Shown: positions 57,481-64,000 of the stretch, piece by piece
How the letters are laid out: each line of letters opens with the position of its first letter
Position numbering within the stretch: the first letter of the stretch is position 1
From: Candidatus Thermofontivivens primus
GTDB taxonomy: Bacteria; Sysuimicrobiota; Sysuimicrobiia; Sysuimicrobiales; Thermofontiviventaceae
Assembly (NCBI GenBank): GCA_031458695.1
Contig: JAVKJW010000011.1
Span: 1-64,000 of the forward strand
DNA length: 64,000 nt
Direction: 5' to 3'
Position numbers and translations under genes: made by a program
The notes under the pieces: generated by a model
What the model was told of the DNA's origin: nothing
Database searches by the model: none
Seen by the model: the letters and a program-made list of their open reading frames with translations, nothing else

Positions 57481-58521
57481 ATGCGCGCAATGGTGGTAGA
57501 GCGATACGGAGAGCCCTTACGCCTTGCCGAGGTACCGGTTCCCGAACCAGGACCTGGGGAGGTTTTGGTGAAAGTGATTGCTTGCGGGGTCTGCCGTTCC
57601 GACCTCAAGATCGTGGAGGGGCACATGCCTTTCTCTCCCACATTGCCCCTCCCGCACGTCCCAGGACATGAGATCTGTGGTGAGGTTGCGGCCTGCGGTG
57701 CAGGCACGACACTCCCTTTGGGACAGAGGGTCGTCGTCCATAACTACTGGTCGTGCGGTCGGTGTCGCTTTTGCCTGATGGGTGAAGAGACTCTCTGCGA
57801 CCACTTGCGGGGGTGGGTCGGTTTTACCTCACCAGGCGGTTTCCAGGAATACCTCGTGGTTCCAGAAGCGCATGCTCTCCCGCTTCCCCCCGCGATCGAT
57901 CCAGAGGGTGCAGGGGTTCTCTCCTGTGCCGTGGGAACAAGCTATCACGCACTCGTCTCACAGGCTAGGGTTCAACCTGGGGAGACTGTGGTCATCCTTG
58001 GAGTTGGTGGGGTTGGCCTGCACGCGGTTCAGGTAGCCAGAGTCACAGGAGCCAAAGTCATCGCGGTGGATGTGGAGGAGGCAAGGCTTGCCGCAGCGAG
58101 GGATTTGGGAGCCATGGAGGCGCTCCGTGCCGGGGGGGAAGCTGAGAAGGCAGTGCAGGAAATCACTTCGGGCATCGGGGCGGATATCGTCGTGGATTGC
58201 GTCGGTACCGCACAGACTTTCGCTCCAGCGATTGCCATGGTCAGGAAGGGGGGACGCATTGTCGTGGTAGGGTATACTACCGACTCCCGGGGCTATCCTT
58301 CCCTTCCTACCGATCTTGTCGCTCTCCGGCAGCTCTCTATCCTGGGATCCAGGTATGTTCCACGCGTTGAGCTCGAGCGCGTCATCGACCTCGCTGGCCG
58401 GGGGCTCATCCGACCTGTGGTCTCGGAAGTCCTGGATCTCAGCCGTGCTAACGACGCCCTCGACCTTGTACGCAGGGACAGGGTTGTGGGTCGGGTGGTC
58501 TTGCGAATCGGGCAGTCGTAA
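57481..58521 (+). CDS. Zn-dependent alcohol dehydrogenase (MDR)
   Basis: ACGVCRSD, PGHE, CGRCRFC..C, LSCA, GVGGVG. Confidence 0.92.
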   Translation: MRAMVVERYGEPLRLAEVPVPEPGPGEVLVKVIACGVCRSDLKIVEGHMPFSPTLPLPHVPGHEICGEVAACGAGTTLPLGQRVVVHNYWSCGRCRFCLMGEETLCDHLRGWVGFTSPGGFQEYLVVPEAHALPLPPAIDPEGAGVLSCAVGTSYHALVSQARVQPGETVVILGVGGVGLHAVQVARVTGAKVIAVDVEEARLAAARDLGAMEALRAGGEAEKAVQEITSGIGADIVVDCVGTAQTFAPAIAMVRKGGRIVVVGYTTDSRGYPSLPTDLVALRQLSILGSRYVPRVELERVIDLAGRGLIRPVVSEVLDLSRANDALDLVRRDRVVGRVVLRIGQS

Positions 58522-58541
58522 CCAGGGAGCTCTCAAGGGGA

Positions 58542-59762
58542 ATGTACGCAAAAGGTCCTTTCCAGGTTGATTACCAGGCACGCGTGGATTTTCAGGCCCT
58601 GCGGGCCTACCGTCTTCGGCGCGCCTGGCAGGCCATGGAGGAAGCTGGACTGGATGCGCTCCTTGTCTGGAAGGACGAGAACGTCCGCTATCTCACGAGC
58701 CTCCGGCCACAGCTCATCGCTGGGAAGAGTGGGCTCCTCAATGGGGCCCTTTTGCTCGCAGGGAGGGAGCCAATCCTCCTCGTCTCAGGCGGGGATCACG
58801 ACCGGGCATTGGCGACAATGCCCTGGCTTCTGGATGTCCGCCCTATCCCGATCCTCGAAGAGAAAGGGCTCATAGAATACACGGTGCGCAAGGTGCTCGG
58901 AGACCTGCTTGGGCATTACGGCCTCCGATCGAAGCGCATAGGCTATGACCTTGCCAGCGCGGTCCTCTTTGCAGCCCTGCGCGATCACTTCCCAGATGTC
59001 CAGTGGGAGGATGGCGATACTGTGATGCAGCAAGCGCGCATGATCAAGGGCCCAGAGGAGCTTGTCCTCATCGAGGAAGCCACAGCTATGGCTGAGGCGG
59101 TGACGCAGGTAGCCATGGATGCAGTCCAGGTAGGGCGCAGGGAGTGTGAGGTAGCGGCTGTGGCCATGGAGACCCTCTTCCGCCTAGGAGGAGAATACGC
59201 CCATGTAACCACCCCGTTCGTCAGCTCGGGGGAGAACATGTCCCCACCCACGCGCCTTGCCACCGACAAGCTCATTCGCCACGGTGACATTGTCTTCATT
59301 GACATAGGCGTCATGTGGAACGGCTACTTTGCTGACCTTGGCCGCACCGTCATCTGCGGCGAGCCTTCGACGAGGCAACGCGAGATCTACCAGGCGGTCT
59401 ATGAGGCCCATATGGCTGGCATCGAGGCAATGCGGCCTGGGGCCACGAACAGGGAAGTGGCCGAGGTGATCCGGCGGAAGGCCGCTGACCACGGGCTCGC
59501 TGAGAGGTTCCTGACGCTGTTCATTGGACACGGGATCGGTGCAGGGAGCAACGAGCCTCCGTATATTGGGGAGGTCTTCCCAGGGAGCGCCGAGGTGGAA
59601 CTCAGGCCAGGGATGGTCTTCGCCATGGAGCCGCTGATCTGGGTGCCGGGAGTGAAGGGAGGCGGTGGGGTTCGGCTGGAGGACATGGTGGTCATCACAG
59701 AGAAGGGGCCAAGGAGGATCAGCCGACTGCCCTACGATGCGCGCCTCCTCAGGAGGGAGTAA
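58542..59762 (+). CDS. M24 (Xaa-Pro peptidase fold) metallohydrolase
   Basis: NVRY, IDIG, YFADLGRT, GHGIG, AMEP, RLED. Confidence 0.88.
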   Translation: MYAKGPFQVDYQARVDFQALRAYRLRRAWQAMEEAGLDALLVWKDENVRYLTSLRPQLIAGKSGLLNGALLLAGREPILLVSGGDHDRALATMPWLLDVRPIPILEEKGLIEYTVRKVLGDLLGHYGLRSKRIGYDLASAVLFAALRDHFPDVQWEDGDTVMQQARMIKGPEELVLIEEATAMAEAVTQVAMDAVQVGRRECEVAAVAMETLFRLGGEYAHVTTPFVSSGENMSPPTRLATDKLIRHGDIVFIDIGVMWNGYFADLGRTVICGEPSTRQREIYQAVYEAHMAGIEAMRPGATNREVAEVIRRKAADHGLAERFLTLFIGHGIGAGSNEPPYIGEVFPGSAEVELRPGMVFAMEPLIWVPGVKGGGGVRLEDMVVITEKGPRRISRLPYDARLLRRE

Positions 59763-59766
59763 CTTG

Positions 59767-61113
59767 GTGGATCTTGTGATCAAGGGTGCGAAAATCGTGA
59801 CGCCTGCGGGCCTCCTTGAGGGAGAGATCTATGTTCAGGAAGGGAAGATCGCAGGGATCGGGAAGCTAGGGCTTTCTGCAAAGGAGGTGATCGACGCAGG
59901 AGGCCTTCTGGCGATGCCGGGGATGGTGGATGCGCATGTCCACTTCATGGACCCGGGCGCAACGGAGCGTGAGGACTTCATCACAGGCTCAAGTGCTGCA
60001 GCTGTGGGTGGAGTCACGACCGTCATCGAGCACACCCACGCGATGCCTGTCCGGACTGCGCAGTTCCTTCAGGAGAAGGCACGGTACCTAGGGCCACGAT
60101 CCCTCGTGGATTATGGGCTTGCGGCCCATGTATGGCCTGAAGACATCGAGCACATCCAAGAGGTCTGGGAGGCTGGCGCCCTCTTCCTCAAGGCCTTTAC
60201 CTGTACCACCCACGGCGTCCCAGGCCTGACTCCCAGCGATCTCCTCCGGCTGTTTCAAAAAATTTTCAGCTTCAATGGGGTCTGCCTCGTGCACTGTGAG
60301 GACGAGTGGATCACCATGGAGGCGGAGCGTCGCCTGAAGAAGCTTGGCCGCAAGGATGGAATGGTGATCCCGGAGTGGAGGAACCGCGAGGCCGAGCTTG
60401 TGGCCGTAAACACCGTGGCCCTCTTGGCGCGCCTGACAGGTGCAAGGGTCGTCATTGCCCACGTCAGCCACCCTGCGGTCCTTGATCTCATTAGGAGGGA
60501 GCGAGTCTTGGGCGCAAACCTCTGGGCGGAGAGCTGTCCCCAGTACTTCTACCTCCTCGAGGAAGAGGTACAAGAGAAGGGGGCGTACCGGAAGTTCACG
60601 CCCCCTGCGCGAAACCGGTCTGTGGAGGATATGGAGGAGATGTGGCACCGCCTCGCGCGTGGGGAGATTTCGTATATCGCTACCGATCACGCTCCTGCGA
60701 CGAAGGCTCAGAAGGAAGAGGGAGACATCTGGTCAGTCCACTTCGGCCTCCCCGGGGTAGAGACGACGTTGAGCCTGATGCTGAATGGGGTTGCTGAGGG
60801 GTATCTTTCTCTCCCACGCCTTGTGGAGGCGGTTTGCGAGATGCCTGCCAGGGTCTATGGCTTATACCCGAAGAAAGGCACACTCCAGCCAGGTGCCGAC
60901 GCGGACATCGTGCTCGTGGATCCTCAAGCTGAGCGTATTCTCACCGATTCCGAGATCGTTTCCAAGGCGGGGTGGACTCCTTATGCGGGTCGCCGCATCA
61001 AGGGGAAACCTGTGATGACTTTCTTGCGGGGGAAGCTCATCGCCCGCGATGGGAAAGTCACAGCAGATCCTGGGATTGGCCACTTCCTCACAAGAAGCGC
61101 ACCCCGCATGTAG
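59767..61113 (+). CDS. Cyclic amidohydrolase (allantoinase/dihydroorotase/dihydropyrimidinase-like)
   Basis: PGMVDAHVH, GGVTT, LKAF, HCE, AHVS, TDHAP, GADAD. Confidence 0.9.
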   Translation: MDLVIKGAKIVTPAGLLEGEIYVQEGKIAGIGKLGLSAKEVIDAGGLLAMPGMVDAHVHFMDPGATEREDFITGSSAAAVGGVTTVIEHTHAMPVRTAQFLQEKARYLGPRSLVDYGLAAHVWPEDIEHIQEVWEAGALFLKAFTCTTHGVPGLTPSDLLRLFQKIFSFNGVCLVHCEDEWITMEAERRLKKLGRKDGMVIPEWRNREAELVAVNTVALLARLTGARVVIAHVSHPAVLDLIRRERVLGANLWAESCPQYFYLLEEEVQEKGAYRKFTPPARNRSVEDMEEMWHRLARGEISYIATDHAPATKAQKEEGDIWSVHFGLPGVETTLSLMLNGVAEGYLSLPRLVEAVCEMPARVYGLYPKKGTLQPGADADIVLVDPQAERILTDSEIVSKAGWTPYAGRRIKGKPVMTFLRGKLIARDGKVTADPGIGHFLTRSAPRM

Positions 61114-61123
61114 GCTGCTTTTC

Positions 61124-61188
61124 TTGACACTTCCACGGCTCTCATTTACAATGAAGGTAGCCATCCCTCCCCCCTGGGGAGGGGATGG
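61124..61188 (+). promoter_or_regulatory. Sigma70 promoter and G/C-tract palindrome upstream of the YHS gene
   Basis: TTGACA-17-TACAAT (61124-61152); CCATCCCTCCCCCCTGGGGAGGGGATGG before the RBS. Confidence 0.65.
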
Positions 61189-61204
61189 AAGGAGGTGTTG
61201 GGTT

Positions 61205-61387
61205 ATGGCGAAGGATCCGGTATGCGGGATGGAAGTCGAAGAGTCTAAGGCTGCTGCCACATCGGAATACAAAGGGGTCACTTATTACTTCTGCGCACCA
61301 GGGTGCAAGAAGGCGTTTGATCAGAACCCTGAGAAGTACATTGGGAAAGAACATGGAGGACACGGGGAGCATAGGCATCCTATGTAA
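61205..61387 (+). CDS. YHS-domain protein with a His-rich tail
   Basis: KDPVCGM...YYFCAPGCKKAF..PEKY; AGGAGG RBS. Confidence 0.92.
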   Translation: MAKDPVCGMEVEESKAAATSEYKGVTYYFCAPGCKKAFDQNPEKYIGKEHGGHGEHRHPM

Positions 61388-61481
61388 CCCCAGCGAAATC
61401 TCTTGTCGAGATTTTGCTGGCACCCCGTTCATTCAAGAGGGGCCCCCGGTAAAAAGCCAAAAGACTTTTGCCGGGGTACTT
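61388..61481. repeat. Two REP-like hairpins (family copies 4 and 5)
   Basis: CCCCAGCGAAATCTCTTGTCGAGATTTTGCTGG and CCCCCGGTAAAAAGCCAAAAGACTTTTGCCGGGGTACTT. Confidence 0.65.
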
Positions 61482-61516
61482 CGTTACACTCCACCTGTCC
61501 TCTGAGGCTCATCAGG

Positions 61517-61542
61517 AGGGGCGACGCATGCGTCGCCCCTAC
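61517..61542 (-). repeat. GTAG-type REP palindrome
   Basis: Perfect 24-bp palindrome AGGGGCGACGCATGCGTCGCCCCT; reads GTAGGGGCG... on the minus strand. Confidence 0.65.
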
Positions 61543-61556
61543 CATTCAGGATACCA

Positions 61557-62171
61557 ATGGGAAGTCTCCTTGCTCGCTTAACGGATCTCTCCTACGTGCT
61601 TTTGGGGCTTTTGCCAAGGAGCCTCACCTTTGTGCCGGTCACTGGTTGGGTAAAGCTCCACTACCGTCGCTTGGCAAAGCGTTATAACTCCCTCATTGTT
61701 CAATGGGAGCCCGCCTACGGGTCACCCTTAGATCGCGGGCTCGCGGTCATTTGCTCCGAGGATACGCGCTGGATCCTCGATGTCGGAACAGGCACAGGGT
61801 ATGCCGCTTCTCGTTTAGCTCAACGGTTCCCCAGGGCATGTATTGTCGGCGTGGACCTCTCCCTAGAGATGCTCAGGGAAGCACAAAAAAAGCAGCACCG
61901 CATCATCTGGATCCAAGCCCACAACAGCAGGTTACCATTTCGAGATGGGACCTTCGACTTGGCTATCGTCCATAACGCCCCTCTTGCTCTAGAAGAGCTC
62001 AAACGGGTTGTCCGTCCCAGAGGAGAGATCCTGCTTTCTCTCTCTTCCGGCGCAGCGGTCCCCTCGGTCCTTCACGAGCTCCTCCGCCGTCGCCTTGATT
62101 CCCTAGGATGTCCGGTCATCCGATGGGAGCGGGTAGGGGAGGGGTTCTTCCTCATCGCCTACCGCACTTAA
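61557..62171 (+). CDS. Class I SAM-dependent methyltransferase
   Basis: ILDVGTGTG, GVDLS, LPF.DGTFD, RVVRP.G. Confidence 0.8.
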   Translation: MGSLLARLTDLSYVLLGLLPRSLTFVPVTGWVKLHYRRLAKRYNSLIVQWEPAYGSPLDRGLAVICSEDTRWILDVGTGTGYAASRLAQRFPRACIVGVDLSLEMLREAQKKQHRIIWIQAHNSRLPFRDGTFDLAIVHNAPLALEELKRVVRPRGEILLSLSSGAAVPSVLHELLRRRLDSLGCPVIRWERVGEGFFLIAYRT

Positions 62172-62188
62172 CCGTCACCTCTCACTGT

Positions 62189-63469
62189 TCACCGATTCCC
62201 GAGTCCGATGGGAACGACCGCCGCCTTCACCATCCCAACAAGGGAAATGCCCACAAGGAGGAGTGCGCTAAGCCCGACCATGAACACGGTGACCATCGTG
62301 ATCAGATTGAACAGAGGGGAGTTCGTGTAGTTGCCCATCAGGCGTCGATTATTGGTCAGTCGCAGCATGTACACAAGGATCACGGGGAGCAAGATGCCGT
62401 TCAGGGCCTGCGAGAGCACCATGACCGGGATCAGAGACAACCCCGGGATCAAGATGACCACGGCGCCCGTGGCGACCATCCCCGTATAGAGCCCATAGAA
62501 GACCGGTGCCTCTTTGAAAGTCCGGTCCAGGCCAGCTTCCCATCCGAATGCCTCGCACAACGAATAGGCGGTAGAGAGCGGGATGATGGCCACGGAGAAG
62601 AGGGCGGCGTTCAGAAGGCCAATCGCAAATAACCAAGAGGCATACCGTCCAGCGAGAGGGGCGAGGGCTTTCGCCGCGTCCTCGGCTGTCTGGATCGAAA
62701 TCCCCTCCACGAACAGCGTCGCTGCACAGGCGACGATAATGAAGAACGCTACCACCTGCGTGGTAAGCACACCAAGGATGGTATCTGCGCGCGCGTAAGG
62801 GTAATCCCGGGTGGTAAGGCCTTTGTCCACCACAGAGGACTGTTGGTAGAACTGCATCCAAGGTGCAATGGTAGTACCTATCACAGCGATGATCATGGTC
62901 AGGTAAGCAGGGTTTGTTTCAAAAGTAGGGGTGAGCATCTCTTGGAACACGTGCTTCCATGGAGGCTTGGCGAGGATCGCGGAGATGATGTAGGTGATGT
63001 ACATCAAGGAAGCGAGCAAGAACGCCCGCTCTACCTGATGATAGCGCCCCCGGAGCACCAGCAGCCAAATCAGAACTGCTGCGATTGGGATGGAGAGATA
63101 CCGACTCACGCCAAAGATCTCCAGGCTCCCTGCGATACCGGCAAAGTCCCCCACAGTGTTCGCCCAGTTGGTGATCAGGAGGGTACTCATCGCGAACACC
63201 GTTGCTCGTACCCCGAATTGCTCTCGGATCAAGTCCGAAAGCCCCTTGCCTGTTACGGTGCCCATCCTGGCCGTCATCTCCTGGACCACGATCAGGGCGA
63301 CGGTGGTGAGAAGAAGAACCCAGAGGAGCTTGTACCCGAAGGAAGCCCCAGCGATGGAGTAGATAGCGATTCCGTTGGCGTCGTTGTCCACGTTCGCCGT
63401 GATGATCCCGGGTCCCATCACCGCCAGGAATGCTAGGATTTTTCGCCTCGACCATATCTTGCGGAACAT
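62189..63469 (-). CDS. Nramp-related divalent cation transporter (NrmT/Mg2+-type)
   Basis: GPGIITANVDNDANG, QEM..R.G, GTTIAPW. Confidence 0.88.
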   Translation of the reverse strand: MFRKIWSRRKILAFLAVMGPGIITANVDNDANGIAIYSIAGASFGYKLLWVLLLTTVALIVVQEMTARMGTVTGKGLSDLIREQFGVRATVFAMSTLLITNWANTVGDFAGIAGSLEIFGVSRYLSIPIAAVLIWLLVLRGRYHQVERAFLLASLMYITYIISAILAKPPWKHVFQEMLTPTFETNPAYLTMIIAVIGTTIAPWMQFYQQSSVVDKGLTTRDYPYARADTILGVLTTQVVAFFIIVACAATLFVEGISIQTAEDAAKALAPLAGRYASWLFAIGLLNAALFSVAIIPLSTAYSLCEAFGWEAGLDRTFKEAPVFYGLYTGMVATGAVVILIPGLSLIPVMVLSQALNGILLPVILVYMLRLTNNRRLMGNYTNSPLFNLITMVTVFMVGLSALLLVGISLVGMVKAAVVPIGLGNR

Positions 63470-63580
63470 CGCCTATTGGTCCCGTCTGTCCACATGCTCC
63501 CCTCGTGGAGATCTCCTTCTTCACGGGGAGCAAAAACCGAAAATCCCTAGAGACTTGGAAAAAGATCCCACCGGAGCTTC

Positions 63581-64000
63581 TTAGCGCCTGCGGATCCTAT
63601 GGAACCTTGCGGGCAGCCGGGGCAGGTACTTCTCCAGAAGGATCTCCATGACATCGTCGATCGTGACGATGCCAAGGAGCTTTCCCTCGGCGTCCACGAC
63701 TGGGATCGCCAGGAGATCGTACTTTGCGAGAGCTCCAGCTGCCGCATCCGCCGAATCTGTATCCCGGAGGTAAATCACCTCGGTGTCCATGAGGTTCCGC
63801 AGGGGAGTCTCTGGATTGGCTGTGATGAGCGTGCGCAAGGAGAGGACGCCCACTAAGCGTCCTTCTGCGTCAGTGACGTACAGATAGTAGAGATATTCCG
63901 CTGGTGGAGCATGCTCTCGGAGGTAGCGGATCGTGTCCTCCGCCGTGAACCACTCGGGGAGGGCAATGTACTCAGGAGTCATCTTCCCTGCAGCTGTATC
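63581..64000 (-). CDS. MgtE-like cytosolic CBS-pair protein (partial; runs off the window)
   Basis: TAAGKMTPEY, YYLYVTD, GVLSLR, KYDLLAIPVVD, GIVTIDDV; ends with no TM domain. Confidence 0.85.
   Translation of the reverse strand, partial: DTAAGKMTPEYIALPEWFTAEDTIRYLREHAPPAEYLYYLYVTDAEGRLVGVLSLRTLITANPETPLRNLMDTEVIYLRDTDSADAAAGALAKYDLLAIPVVDAEGKLLGIVTIDDVMEILLEKYLPRLPARFHRIRRR

Noticed and set aside
1..64000. CRISPR array, rRNA, integrase, prophage or reverse transcriptase
   Set aside because: No regularly spaced repeats or matching protein motifs seen

Overview
GC-rich bacterial window, almost entirely accessory catabolic genes. It has no rRNA, no CRISPR array and no intact tRNA. (1) 150-10.4 kb, minus strand: an Lrp/AsnC-regulated Dpp-type ABC cluster without ATPase genes, followed by M20, M29-like and M19 metallohydrolases, an MmgE/PrpD protein and an SDR. 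It also holds an internally deleted second M20 pseudogene. (2) 10.5-15.6 kb: a decayed region with IS256 and IS1634 remnants, a PD-(D/E)XK pseudogene and two intact type II TA pairs. It ends in the 3' half of tRNA-His, a probable att site or island boundary. (3) 15.7-29.4 kb: two divergent TctABC operons (GntR/ThDP decarboxylase/HpcH/Ldh_2 and IclR/KdgK-like), with a UreI/AmiS-like gene between them, then DUF47-Pit. (4) 31.2-61.1 kb: a co-oriented catabolic supercluster of about 30 kb. It encodes a four-subunit NdhFSLM-like Mo hydroxylase, two Liv ABC systems, GntR (sharing a 29/30-identical promoter/operator with the hydroxylase), a DRE-TIM enzyme, many amide/ring hydrolases, a C-GCAxxG-C-C/DUF4258-like fusion and a Zn-ADH pair in which one copy lacks the catalytic Cys. 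This is the best candidate for an undescribed pathway, probably for an N-heterocycle. (5) 61.2-64 kb: YHS protein, a methyltransferase and an NrmT-type Nramp with a CBS/MgtE-like partner. A family of REP-like hairpins recurs in intergenic spaces. All family calls come from reading motifs by eye; no database searches were run.
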